This document shows, piece after piece, positions 7,466 to 17,700 of a stretch of DNA of 28,316 bases (positions are counted from its first letter, which is position 1; each line of letters begins with the position of its first letter). The DNA is taken from positions 1 through 28,316 of the forward strand of contig CAXGWI010000031.1 in the NCBI GenBank assembly GCA_964013405.1, in the 5' to 3' direction. A model generated the notes under the pieces. That model did not search any database and was not told the DNA's origin. It was given only the letters and a program-made list of their open reading frames with translations. This DNA comes from an uncultured Myxococcales bacterium. Lineage in GTDB: Bacteria > Myxococcota > UBA4151. A program made the translations under genes and the position numbers.

Positions 7466-8095
7466 TTAATGGGAAGCAACATACCAAATCGCCCCGACAA
7501 AAAGAGACATCGCAAGGCCAGCGACGGCAATCCACAGGCCGATATGACCACTTTCTGGATCTTCCTCTTCTTGGGCCTGCTGAAAGCGGCCCGAATTCAG
7601 GCTCGCCCGCTCCATCAAAACGTGGGGCATGGTCACCTCTCCCGTGGGGTGCTCCCTGAGGGATTCCGGACTCTTTCCTGCACTTTCGAAGATGCGCATC
7701 GCCAAGTGCCTCAGGTAGAAGTCAGGGTTCTCGACACGGGCGAGGATTTGCGCCGCCACCACAAAGAGTTGCTGATCTGAATCATCGATCGCATCCACAA
7801 GTCGGGCCGTCGGCATTCCAGTATTCTCAGCCCCTTCGAGACCACTCGTCACCCCTTGCTCTCGAGTCCAAAGCACGACGAGGCCACCGAAAGTAAACTC
7901 CTGGCGCATGATCACACCGGCCTGATCGACCCATGAGATCACATCAGCGGTGGCACCACCACGGTGCCAAACGCGACGCAGCCCATCTTCACGAAACTCT
8001 GTGTCGCCGACGTAGACTCGGCGCAGACGACTGGCCACCATGGCGATGGACGCCTCGTCAGCAGATAGCAGCATTCGGCCAAGTTGCGAGATCAC
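7466..8095 (-). CDS. Hypothetical protein with a C-terminal transmembrane anchor
   Basis: Fills the gap downstream of mgtE. Beta-rich N-half (RRVWHRGGATADVISWVDQAGVIMRQEFTFGGLVVLW), acidic linker, terminal TM IGLWIAVAGLAMSLFVGAIWYV. Start uncertain. Confidence 0.7.
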   Translation of the reverse strand: MISQLGRMLLSADEASIAMVASRLRRVYVGDTEFREDGLRRVWHRGGATADVISWVDQAGVIMRQEFTFGGLVVLWTREQGVTSGLEGAENTGMPTARLVDAIDDSDQQLFVVAAQILARVENPDFYLRHLAMRIFESAGKSPESLREHPTGEVTMPHVLMERASLNSGRFQQAQEEEDPESGHIGLWIAVAGLAMSLFVGAIWYVASH

Positions 8096-8136
8096 AGGGA
8101 GTCCAGCCTAAATCCCGGTGCTCAATGAAGCAAGAA

Positions 8137-9447
8137 TCAGGACAGAAGTGCGGTGGCCGTGAGCATGTAGATCAAAATACCCGTGATGTCGTTAGCGGTG
8201 GTCACGAAGGGCCCCGCCGCAATGGCTGGATCAACACCGAGACGACGAAAGACCACCGGCGCCAGGGCGCCGATCGCTGTCGCCACGCTCATGGCCGCAA
8301 ACATAGCAACCCCCACCACCAGACCAAGGGTCGGATCTCCCAACCAAATCACCGACGCAGCCCCGATGATGCCACCGCAAAGCGTGCCCATGAAGAGACC
8401 GATACTCCCCTCACGAAAGACGATGACCCCCACGGCAGCCGGGTCGATTCGGCCCGTGGCGAAGCCCCGAATCACGATCATGGCGGACTGACTGCCCACA
8501 TTGCCCCCCATGGCCGTAATCACCGGGACAAAAGCAACAAGGGCGATGGTCTGCTCCAGCGTCGCCTGGAAAATCCACAGCAAGAGACCGGTGCAAAAGC
8601 CGCCAACCAGGTTGACCACCAACCAAGGCAGACGGATCAAGCCAATACGAAAGGGCCGGTCGCCGTAAAGCAGTTCCTCCGCATCGGAGCCGACCATTCG
8701 ATAGGCATCTTCATCCGCTTCCTCCTCCATGACTTCGACAACATCGTCGACGAGAATTCGCCCTAAAAGACGACTGTCGGCATCGGTGACCGCAAGGGAG
8801 ATGATATCGTATTTGGCGAAGACCCGAGCCACCTCCTCCTGGTCGACATCCGGCCGAACCTCGACGAACTTCGCCTCCATTAGACCAGCGATGGGAGTTT
8901 CGGGCTTTGCCAAGGCCAGTCGAGCCATACGAACCGTGCCGATAAAGCGCTCATCGTCATCAACGACAAAGATGAAGTGCATGTTCTCCACATCATCCTG
9001 CCAGGCTCTCAGGGCCTGGATCGCCTCGGTTGAAGTGGCAGACCTACGGATGCTGGCCACCTCGACCTGCATGAGTCCACCAGCGGTGTCTTTAGGGTAT
9101 TTCAGCAGTTCGCGGAGGTCTTCTGCTTCTTCGGGCTCATCCTGCTCTCGAACCTCAAGGACCCGGACGACAGTGTCCTCTTCTAGGTCACCGAGGACAT
9201 CGGCCGCATCGTCGCTGTCTAGCTCCCCGATAAGTTCGGCGATCTCTCGCACGGAAGTTTGCTCAAGGAGTTGCTGGCGATCCATTGGATCCAAATGGAC
9301 CAACAAATCGGCCCGCTTCTCCTCGTTGAGTCGGGAAAGAAGCTCGCTATGGAGACTGGGGTCACACTCCTCGAAGACCTTGGCCAAATCGGCTGGGTGC
9401 ATCGACCGTAGCGCGGCCGTATCTAGAACCCGATTCGACTCAGCCAT
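8137..9447 (-). CDS. mgtE: Magnesium transporter MgtE
   Basis: N-domain HPADLA...DDAADVL, YPKDTAGGLM, CBS pair, RLPWL, MGGNVGSQS, DPAIAAGPFVTTANDITG with the conserved pore Asp. Confidence 0.96.
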   Translation of the reverse strand: MAESNRVLDTAALRSMHPADLAKVFEECDPSLHSELLSRLNEEKRADLLVHLDPMDRQQLLEQTSVREIAELIGELDSDDAADVLGDLEEDTVVRVLEVREQDEPEEAEDLRELLKYPKDTAGGLMQVEVASIRRSATSTEAIQALRAWQDDVENMHFIFVVDDDERFIGTVRMARLALAKPETPIAGLMEAKFVEVRPDVDQEEVARVFAKYDIISLAVTDADSRLLGRILVDDVVEVMEEEADEDAYRMVGSDAEELLYGDRPFRIGLIRLPWLVVNLVGGFCTGLLLWIFQATLEQTIALVAFVPVITAMGGNVGSQSAMIVIRGFATGRIDPAAVGVIVFREGSIGLFMGTLCGGIIGAASVIWLGDPTLGLVVGVAMFAAMSVATAIGALAPVVFRRLGVDPAIAAGPFVTTANDITGILIYMLTATALLS

Positions 9448-9533
9448 CGCCAGCCCCCATGCGCCTCATGTCGCAATCCTCGTGATCGGGCAATGGGGGA
9501 CCGAGAATAGGAGGTCAAAGCAGCACCCGGTCC
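9440..9533 (-). promoter_or_regulatory. Candidate structured mgtE leader with overlapping hairpins and a 9-codon uORF (MRRMGAGDG, 9469-9440)
   Basis: Stems GGACCGGG/CTCGGTCC (9533-9526/9505-9498) and CCCCCATTGC/GCATGGGGG (9499-9490/9462-9454). GAGGA SD lies 7 nt before the uORF ATG. Confidence 0.35.
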
Positions 9534-9567
9534 AAGGGGAAATCAGCCGTGAATCACGGGGTTTCGA

Positions 9568-11004
9568 CTAGTCGCAGAGCGTTTCTTGCTCTTGGTCCAC
9601 ACCGAGTTCGATCAGCACCTCGCCCTTCGCACTGGTCCGCCCACTGGAACACACGGCCCGCAACTCATACTGGCCCGGGTTCAAATCCACGGCTTCGCCG
9701 CTGACCGCCTGCTTCTTGCTGCCATCCTTCTTGGAGGTCACCAACCACGTCCCTCCACTGCGCTCCCCGGCCTTCAGCATCGTCAAACGAAACCGGCTTT
9801 GACGCCGGCGCAGGTTCACCACGAACTGGCCATTCTCCCGAACTTTCAACAGATCTCGGCTGGGAATGATTGCGCCATCGCTTGCCACCACCCTGAGCGG
9901 CCACGAACCCGGTGCCACCCGGACCGCCTGACCCACAGGAAAGCGAGATACAACCTCACCATTCTTGGGGCTCAACAACTCCACCATCCCGTAAATGGGA
10001 GCTTCTCCCCGCGTCAGCCGCGCGATAACGGTGCCAAATTTTGGTCGCTTGCCAACCTTTGAGGTGACTCCAGGCCTAAGTGAAATCTCCTCGGCCTGCT
10101 CACCACTGACCAGACCGGCGATGTCACCACTGGAGAGCCGGTAAACAACTCGGTAGTCGCCGGGGGCCATACGCCACCGGTCGCCCGCTGGGTTATCGAG
10201 CACCACGTCGCCGCTGGGTCGGCGCTCGACACGCAGATCGGCATAGGGCTCATCGAGCCCCCACCGGAGGGTCGCCAAGCGCGGACGAATCCGCTGACTT
10301 GCCCGGCCCTTTGGCTTCAGCAGGACCTCCCCTGCTGGCCAACGGTGGTTTACCAAATCATCATCTAAACTCGCTTCGAGTCGATAGCGACCCGGTGGCA
10401 GCTCAAGCCATTGGCCTGCGGGGGCATAGCCCCGACTCTTGTTTTCCACATCAAAAGCTTCAAACTGTCCTTTTTGACCGCCGAGGTCGACACGGACCTT
10501 GCCCACATCCATAGCGATCGTCAGCTCGCGGGTCTCCTCTCCCTTCACGGTCACGAAGGTGTCAAAGAAACCTCGATTTTTCGGATCGACAATCCGCAGC
10601 CCCCAGCGACCTGCGAGGAGGGGAACCTGGGCCCCAGGGGTGGCGGTAGCGGTCTCCCCCGTGGGCAACTCAAAGTCGAGGCGGGACCTGAACTTGCTGC
10701 CTTCTCGCTTCGTCCAGACAATCAAATACCCCACGCTGAGATTAAGCTTCGTCGAGCCCTTCACACCGCGGACAATCTTGACGACCTCGCCGGTGGAGCG
10801 GCGACACGTGACCTTCAAATCCAAGGGCAGGTCGTCAGCCCACGGCAAGCGCTCCCGAGCCGATTTACCGACACCACTGTCCAAGCGAATGATGGAACAG
10901 ATTCGATCCGATTGACCGCCGTTGACAAAGACATCGACCTTGAAACTCGCGGGTTCCGGCGCAGGGGCAGCGAGCAGAAAAAGAAGGCTCGCATTGAGGA
11001 GCAT
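9568..11004 (-). CDS. Secreted basic protein with about 5 PEGA/prealbumin-like beta-sandwich repeats
   Basis: Signal-like MLLNASLLFLLAA. Repeated G-x-x-(V/L)-x-L-x-PG-x-(Y/W)-x-L motif (GAQVPLLAGRWGL, GQWLELPPGRYRL, GDRWRMAPGDYRV, GQAVRVAPGSWPL, GEAVDLNPGQYEL). ATG directly abuts the upstream stop. Confidence 0.75.
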   Translation of the reverse strand: MLLNASLLFLLAAPAPEPASFKVDVFVNGGQSDRICSIIRLDSGVGKSARERLPWADDLPLDLKVTCRRSTGEVVKIVRGVKGSTKLNLSVGYLIVWTKREGSKFRSRLDFELPTGETATATPGAQVPLLAGRWGLRIVDPKNRGFFDTFVTVKGEETRELTIAMDVGKVRVDLGGQKGQFEAFDVENKSRGYAPAGQWLELPPGRYRLEASLDDDLVNHRWPAGEVLLKPKGRASQRIRPRLATLRWGLDEPYADLRVERRPSGDVVLDNPAGDRWRMAPGDYRVVYRLSSGDIAGLVSGEQAEEISLRPGVTSKVGKRPKFGTVIARLTRGEAPIYGMVELLSPKNGEVVSRFPVGQAVRVAPGSWPLRVVASDGAIIPSRDLLKVRENGQFVVNLRRRQSRFRLTMLKAGERSGGTWLVTSKKDGSKKQAVSGEAVDLNPGQYELRAVCSSGRTSAKGEVLIELGVDQEQETLCD

Positions 11005-13254
11005 CTACAAACGCTCCGCGCTTAGGATGTAGCGGGCCCGAGGATGGGTATCGATGGAGTAGACCCGCAGATAGTACGTTCCCGTCACTGGAAAGCGATG
11101 AATGATCTCCTCCTGGGATCCCACATCCTCCGAGCTGGTAATCAGCGTCGTTCGGTCCGTACTGCGTAAACCTAGATCCAAATCACCATCAACGGCATGG
11201 AACTGGAGTAGAATGCGAACTCGGTCACCCTGGTTCACATCGAGACGAAACCAGTCATCGTCGCCATCACAGGCCCCGCCGACAAAGTTCTGGTCAAAGG
11301 GTAGTGGTGCGGCCGTCTCGGGGTTGTTGTTGGGCTCGGCCGGATCAGGGCGACAATGGAAGGCTGGGTCAACCTGGAAATCCAGCCGGTACAAGCCTAG
11401 ACCGTCATCGGCACTATGGACCCGAGCCAGTACCTGGGTCTGTTCGTCGGCCTGGTAGACGGCCTCGTGCAGACCACCGAGCCCCCAATGGGCACCAATG
11501 GCCGTGGTTCCAGTTCGGTCGTAGAAGCGAACATCGACGTTCAACTCACTGGCTTCAAAATGGGTCGTTGCGTACAAGCGCTGCCCGGCCGCAAGTCCAA
11601 TCCGATACCAGTCCACATCCCCAGCACACAGGGAAAGCCCCTGACGGGCCCCCTGATCAGGATTGATCACGGCAGCCTCTTCAGGGCTGTCGTTCGCCTC
11701 GTCGGCATCGGGCTCGCAGAGGAAAGGTCCGTGAATCACGAGATCGTGGTTATAGGTCATGCTCTGACGGTCGGCGGTTCGGACCTCGATCAAGAGGTCT
11801 TCGGGCCCCGCTGCTCGGTGGTAGAGTCGCTCTTCGTCCGTCCCGATGTTTCGACTCACCATCAACACTTGGTCATCGCTGTTGATCAGGCGCAAATCGA
11901 GGTCACCCTGCTGGGCGTTAAAGCGGGCCGTGTACTCGAGCGCTTCGCCCGCTGCGAGAGACACGGCATAATAATCCACGTCAAACTGACAGAGGCTTAA
12001 CCCCCCCTGCTGCCCGGCCTGCAGTGACCGGGGCTCTTCTCGGTCGTTGTTCGGCTCCAGGCCGTCGTCCTCGCAGGGTTGGCCGGGCCCGACACGCAGT
12101 TCCATCGCGTAAGGTGTGTTGCCCTGAAGATGAGCCACCTTGATGTAATAGAAGGCATCGCTCCCAGCGACGAAGTCAAAGCCAGCCGAGCCTCGAGGCG
12201 GCCCCGGTACATAACGCAGCGTGGAGATCCCATCGGGGGCCACCAGATAGACATCGATGCGGGCCCCATCCCGAAGATCGGTCAGTTGGGCTTCAAGCCG
12301 GTCACCTCGATTGAGAAAGACCGCGTAAAAGTCATCGTCGTCCGGGCACAGCGTCAGATGATCCATGCGTAGCTGATCGGTCTCGAAAATCAGCGGCGTC
12401 GCCGAGGCAAAACTATCGTTTTCTTCATGAATATCGTCCCGACACGGGCCCTCGATGGGCTCGCAGAGACCAGTAATGACGTCACAACGTTCCGCAAAGG
12501 AACAGTGCAGGTCGCTCGTACACGGATCAGGGCGAGGCAGACACATCCGAGTGATCAGGTCACAATATTGGTTTTCCGGGTCATCACAATCCTCATCCCG
12601 ACGACAAATGTTCTCGCTCTCACAAAATCCGCTGCGGTGATTGCACCTCAGCCCAGGGCCGCAATTCTCATCACTGACACACTGAACACAGGAGCCTTCA
12701 TAACAGAACTCCCCTGGGGCACAGTCTTGGACCTGCGTTTCCTCGGTGCATTCGGCTGCACCATCCCGCTGGCAGCGACCGGAAACGGGGTGACAATTCT
12801 CGCCGGGCTCACAGGCGGTTTCGGGAAAGAGTTCCGCCAGGTCGCAGCCGACACTGGGAATACAATAGAAATGCACCTGGTCGCAGTCCTGTCCGACGGG
12901 ACAGTCAGCCCGACGGGCACAGGGCAGACCTTCGCTCGCGTCCCGGCATAGACCCAGCGCACAGAAGCGAGAGAGACCGCACTCCGCGTCCTCTTCACAC
13001 TCGTTACCGAAGCCGTCCCGAGTCCGACAGACTTGCTCATGGCGAGAGCAGTATTCATACCGGGCGCATTCACTGTCTTCACTGCAAGGTGGAATCGCTT
13101 CGCATTGGCCATTTTCCGAACAGCGCTCCCCCTCAGCGCAGTCCGCCGCCTCGCTGCAGGGCAGCGCGATCGGTCCCGCATCCGGGGGCGGGGGAGGAGG
13201 CGCCGAAGGGCAGGCGATGAGGACCAGCAGAAGCGCGCTAGAAAGGCCGCGCAT
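11005..13254 (-). CDS. Lipoprotein B2: Cys-rich repeats plus 4 PPC (pre-peptidase C-terminal)-like domains
   Basis: Lipobox VLIAC, poly-Pro/DAGP linker, C-x2-D-x2-C-x5-C-x4-6-C repeats, then four modules C..D..E.N(D/N)...LC..D.D.(Y/W)...GDLDL...YYL.V (11008-12444). Confidence 0.82.
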   Translation of the reverse strand: MRGLSSALLLVLIACPSAPPPPPPDAGPIALPCSEAADCAEGERCSENGQCEAIPPCSEDSECARYEYCSRHEQVCRTRDGFGNECEEDAECGLSRFCALGLCRDASEGLPCARRADCPVGQDCDQVHFYCIPSVGCDLAELFPETACEPGENCHPVSGRCQRDGAAECTEETQVQDCAPGEFCYEGSCVQCVSDENCGPGLRCNHRSGFCESENICRRDEDCDDPENQYCDLITRMCLPRPDPCTSDLHCSFAERCDVITGLCEPIEGPCRDDIHEENDSFASATPLIFETDQLRMDHLTLCPDDDDFYAVFLNRGDRLEAQLTDLRDGARIDVYLVAPDGISTLRYVPGPPRGSAGFDFVAGSDAFYYIKVAHLQGNTPYAMELRVGPGQPCEDDGLEPNNDREEPRSLQAGQQGGLSLCQFDVDYYAVSLAAGEALEYTARFNAQQGDLDLRLINSDDQVLMVSRNIGTDEERLYHRAAGPEDLLIEVRTADRQSMTYNHDLVIHGPFLCEPDADEANDSPEEAAVINPDQGARQGLSLCAGDVDWYRIGLAAGQRLYATTHFEASELNVDVRFYDRTGTTAIGAHWGLGGLHEAVYQADEQTQVLARVHSADDGLGLYRLDFQVDPAFHCRPDPAEPNNNPETAAPLPFDQNFVGGACDGDDDWFRLDVNQGDRVRILLQFHAVDGDLDLGLRSTDRTTLITSSEDVGSQEEIIHRFPVTGTYYLRVYSIDTHPRARYILSAERL

Positions 13255-14773
13255 AGGGCATGCTCTCCTCTAGGGTGCGGAAGTTGAGATCAGGCCAGTC
13301 CATCTGGAGTGCTTTCCACATGGTTTGATCTTCCTCGAAGTCCCAAATTGTCTCGAGTTGCAAGAGACCCATCACATAGATCCGTAAGACCGCCTCCACC
13401 GGTGCCCGTCGTTCACGGGCATCCTCTAGGTTGGCGGCCCAATAATGAACCCAAATCTGATAGGTGTCCTCTGCGGGCTCGCGAATGTTGATGTTTTCGG
13501 GCCCAAAGCCCATCTGATCGTCGATATCGAGGCGGGGGTGATTTTCCTGAATCTGATACCAATCGTCGGGAAAGCGGTTCGAGAAATACGCATCCCAGCG
13601 GGGGTCGAAGGCCGTGAAATCGTCTTGTTCCGGTTCGGGGTCGGGGTTCAGCCTGATCAGGTGCAGATCGAGGTCTGCGGTGGGATGATCCCAGGTGAGT
13701 TGAATATGAAGCGCATCGGCAGGGACCGCTCGGAAACTCACGATGGCCGGGTCCACAGACCGAACCCCCATGGTGTCGACGACGTGGAGTTCAACGGTGT
13801 AATCGCCGGCGAGGTCTGCGATGATGCCGCACTCGCTTTGGTCGGCGTCCCTTAGGGTCGCCGTCGAGCCATCAGGCCGTCGGATCAGGCTCCAATGATA
13901 GGTCTCGATCCCCACCCCTTCCACGGAACTATGGGACGTGCGTCCATCGATCACGACTTGGTCGAGGGGCTCGATGTTCTCTGGGTCATTGACGAGCACA
14001 GCCTCGGGTACGGGGGGCTGATGCCCGCTCCCTTCGATGGGGACCTCCACAACGCTCCGATTGGGATCGTTGCTGGTGATTTTGACCAGCCCGGAAAACG
14101 GGCCCAACTCCGGTGGCAGAAAAGCGATTCTTAGTTGGGCAGTGAGGGTTGGGGCGATGGCCTGATCCACGAGGCTGCCCGCCAAGATGCCTGTGAAAGG
14201 GCACTCGCCGAGCAAGTCAGGGCAGATCACCTCCACGTTGCGGACATAGAGGTCATGAACACCTACATTTTGAATCTCGAGATTGGCAAAGCCCCGATCG
14301 TTGATCGCCGTCGGGCCAAAATCCAAGGCCTCCGGCGTGACTCGGATCTCGGGTAGGCCCTCGTCTACCCCTTCAGCCAACAATGGGATGGAAACCGTCC
14401 CGATATCCTCGTCGAGGGTGGTGAGAAGAACGGTTCCTAGCAGTTCCCCTTCGACGACAGGCTCAACACTGACGGAGAAAATGGCACTGGTCGCCGGCGC
14501 GAGAAAGGAAGGACAAGTCCCTAAGGAGAAGGCCGGCTCCGTATCCTCGGAGAGGGCACAACTGGTGATCTCAATCGGCACCATGGTGGGATTACCTAGG
14601 GTCACCTCCTTGGTCACCCGTTGGGCAATGGGAACCGCCTGAAAATTCACCGGGTTGGGCTCCACCATGAGCTCCCGCTTTACCCGGACAATTTCTTCCT
14701 CTTCACAATTAGCTGCGGCCAAGGGCAGCAACAACAGGAGCAGGGAACTGCGGCCAATCCTCGACATGATCAC
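13238..14773 (-). CDS. Lipoprotein A2: two choice-of-anchor-D/ASH Ig-like domains, a PKD-like domain and a C-terminal YfaP/DUF2135-like domain
   Basis: Lipobox AAANC. VEPNPVNF..V / VTPEALDFG..IQNVG..SNDP Ig motifs; IDGRTS..YHWSLI.RPDGS...DLAGDYTVEL; LTWDHPTADLDLHL...DIDDQMGFGPENINI...YQIWVHYW. Start GTG 14773 or ATG 14767. Confidence 0.8.
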   Translation of the reverse strand: MIMSRIGRSSLLLLLLPLAAANCEEEEIVRVKRELMVEPNPVNFQAVPIAQRVTKEVTLGNPTMVPIEITSCALSEDTEPAFSLGTCPSFLAPATSAIFSVSVEPVVEGELLGTVLLTTLDEDIGTVSIPLLAEGVDEGLPEIRVTPEALDFGPTAINDRGFANLEIQNVGVHDLYVRNVEVICPDLLGECPFTGILAGSLVDQAIAPTLTAQLRIAFLPPELGPFSGLVKITSNDPNRSVVEVPIEGSGHQPPVPEAVLVNDPENIEPLDQVVIDGRTSHSSVEGVGIETYHWSLIRRPDGSTATLRDADQSECGIIADLAGDYTVELHVVDTMGVRSVDPAIVSFRAVPADALHIQLTWDHPTADLDLHLIRLNPDPEPEQDDFTAFDPRWDAYFSNRFPDDWYQIQENHPRLDIDDQMGFGPENINIREPAEDTYQIWVHYWAANLEDARERRAPVEAVLRIYVMGLLQLETIWDFEEDQTMWKALQMDWPDLNFRTLEESMPYARPF

Positions 14774-17700
14774 CGAACCGTCACCTCGAAGCGATAGGCG
14801 GCCCGTCGGGCCGCGGGCCCACGCACTTTGAGGGCGTAGAAACTCAAGACCTGATCGGCGGTGAAGCGAAGTTCGTGAATCGACAGCGGCGGATCATCCC
14901 GGGTCTCATCGATAATTCTCCCGCTGGCGACTTCACCGCTGCTGTTGCCTTCATCATCGAGGCCATGAAGGGAGAGATCGATCTCGGCATCGCCGACGAC
15001 TCGGACTGTCAGTTCGTCGCCAGCAGCGAGGAGCAACTGGTACCAGTCGGAATCAAAGCAAAGCACAAGGTCTTCGGTCAGATCGTAGTTGCCCACCTCA
15101 TCACGGATCAACTGGGCTTCTGCCAGGGAATTCCCCCCGGCCGCCTCCCGGTCATCATCCTCACAGGAGAGGCTATAGGCCGCGGTCAGTTGATAGCTCT
15201 GAATGTCTTGGCCATCCCAACGATCCACCATGAGATAGTGGGCCCCACCAGCGGTCGAGGCCACATGGATCTCCTCGCTGTCTGTGTCGACACCGACGCT
15301 CGCCGCCACTGGCTCCTCATCGGCATCAAAGAGATAGAGGTCGATATCACCTTCGCCACCAGCGAAGGCCGCGGTCAACCGGACCTCGGTCTCTGCCTCC
15401 GGCTGGATGAGGTACCAATCCACATCGGTTTCACCACAGAAATGCCGCTCGATCGCCTCAACCCCTGGTGGCAAGAACGTCGCCTGGACTCGCTCATTAT
15501 TGGGTTCGCCCTCAGCTTGGGGATCCGGACAGAGCTCAGAACTCTCAACGCCCAGATTCAAGACAAAGGGTGCACCCTCAGCTCGCTCCTCCTCAGTGGC
15601 TTGGTTATTCCACCCAACCCAGATGTAATAATAGGCCTGGCCCCCGGCTGCGTTGATCGCTCGGGCCTCTCGGTGCCCAACCGGCCCCGCACCATAGTGC
15701 AGCGGCGTGGCTCCATCCACATCGAGAACACGCAAATCCAAGGGAAAGCGCGGGCTATTCGAAAGCCGGGCAGTCAAGCGCTCCCCGGGATTTAGCATCA
15801 CCTTGAAGAGGTCCACGTCTTCCGGCGTGCAGAGGGCCGAGTCATCAACCAATGCGACGCCATTTTCATCCATCGCCACAGCCCGAGAGCCGTCGGGATC
15901 TCCCGGCACATCCTCTTCGTCACCACAACGAAAAGGCGGCGCAACACGTAACCTCATCACATAGGGGTGCGTCCCCTCCCGTGCTTGAACATCGGCGCTC
16001 CAGTTCACCTTCACATAAACGTTGCGCGGACCGTCCTCTTCGTTGGTCCATTCCACGGATTCAACGCCCGTTGGGCCCTCGCCCCGGGCCAAAGCCTCTC
16101 GTCCGGTCGCGGACAAGAGGACCAAATCCATGTTGGGCGGATCGCCCTCTTCCGCTTCCGTGACGATACTCGCTTCGATCGTATGGCCCTGGGGCACACG
16201 GACAGCGTAGGTATCGATATCGTCATCGCAGAGGAATCGGCGGATCTCCAGGGGGCGGTCGTTGAGAGAAAGCCCTGTCGCGTCCTGTCGACTGTTGTTC
16301 GGCTCATCGATTTCGCAGGGCGGTGGCGTACTTTGGTTGACCTGCAGGCGATAAGCATAGCTATCTTGAGCATCCGCGTTGGATTTCACCCGCACTGAAT
16401 AAGTTCCCGCCACAAGGGCCGTGGCGGAAGTGGACCCGGTCCAAGATCCCTCAGCGAGACGGGTGGTGCCGAGGATCTCAAATCCGACGCTCTCCGGGGA
16501 ATAGATATCCACCTGGAAGCGCCCCTCCGGCCGCACGGCAAACTGACAGATAGACTCGATGCAAACCGTTCCGACCGGATGGTTGGGATGGTTGCAGTCC
16601 TCATTGCGGAAGCACTGAGTCGTGGGCTGGGCAACCTCGGTATAAGCCACCTCGGGAAGAGACAGTGTCACCTCTAGGTTCTGGCCGCTTTCCGCATGGA
16701 TTCTGTAGAAGTCTTGGTCACCACGGCAGAGGACCTGCTCCAAGGTATCGAAGAGCGGCCCCTCTCCAAACTCAGTCATGGGCACACCGGCCGAGCTGTT
16801 GTTGTTGGGCTCGTGGGCATCGGCGGGACAATTCGGTTCGGGCAAACGGCAGCGATAACTCGTTTGGTCGCAGGACCAGCGCGGGTCACCACCATGCTCC
16901 TCCTGGCAGTTCTCGTCGGAGGAACACAGGGGGATCACACATTCATTGTTAGCCAGAGCGCAGACACGCCCCGTCGGCGAGAGACACTGAAGTTGAGGGG
17001 CATCCGGCGTGCCCACATCAAGGCAATAGGTCTCCGCCGGACAATCGAGATCTGTGCTGCAACTCTGCTCCGTGGAACGCATGCAGTCCACATCCCGGAG
17101 ACAGCCGCCGCCGCCGATGCACCGACCGGTCACCACGTTACAATGGGTGCCCTGATGGCGCCGGCAGGTCGAGGTGCCCTCTGAGTCCGTCACGCAACGC
17201 TCACCCTGGGGGCAGGCCCCGCCACCGCTGCAATCGAGAGCACTTCCCTCGCCCGTACACTGGGTGTCATCGAGACACTGGACACAGCGACCGTCGACGT
17301 CGTCATCGCAAAGTTCGAACTCGCGACAGTCCTGATCCTGCGTGGCGCGGGTGCATTCCCCGGCCTCGATCTCCCGACAGGAGTTGCTCTCCACATCGCA
17401 ACTCTTACCATCGGGACAAGCCAGCTCAGCAAAGAGATTGGCGTAGCGACAACCTAGATCTTCCACACATGTATTCGCCGAAGGGTGGCAGCGCTGACCC
17501 GGCGCACAGTCACCGTCCCGGGCGCAGGTTGGGCGCATGCAACTGTACGCGACACAACGCAATTGGTCCGCATCACAAACCGCCCCGAAAGGAAGGCAGG
17601 CCCGATCGTCGACACAGTCGACCTCAAGGGCATTCGCAACGCATTGAATCACCTGAACGGCATCACCAATTCGACTGGGATCCCTGGCACAGTTGCTGTG

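Noticed and set aside
9448..9567. M-box (ykoK) riboswitch
   Set aside because: The gap is shorter than a typical M-box and its conserved sequence blocks are not visible.
7933..9571. Long plus-strand ORFs (277 aa and 280 aa)
   Set aside because: Antisense shadows of mgtE, typical of GC-rich coding DNA; Ser/Arg-rich with no motifs.
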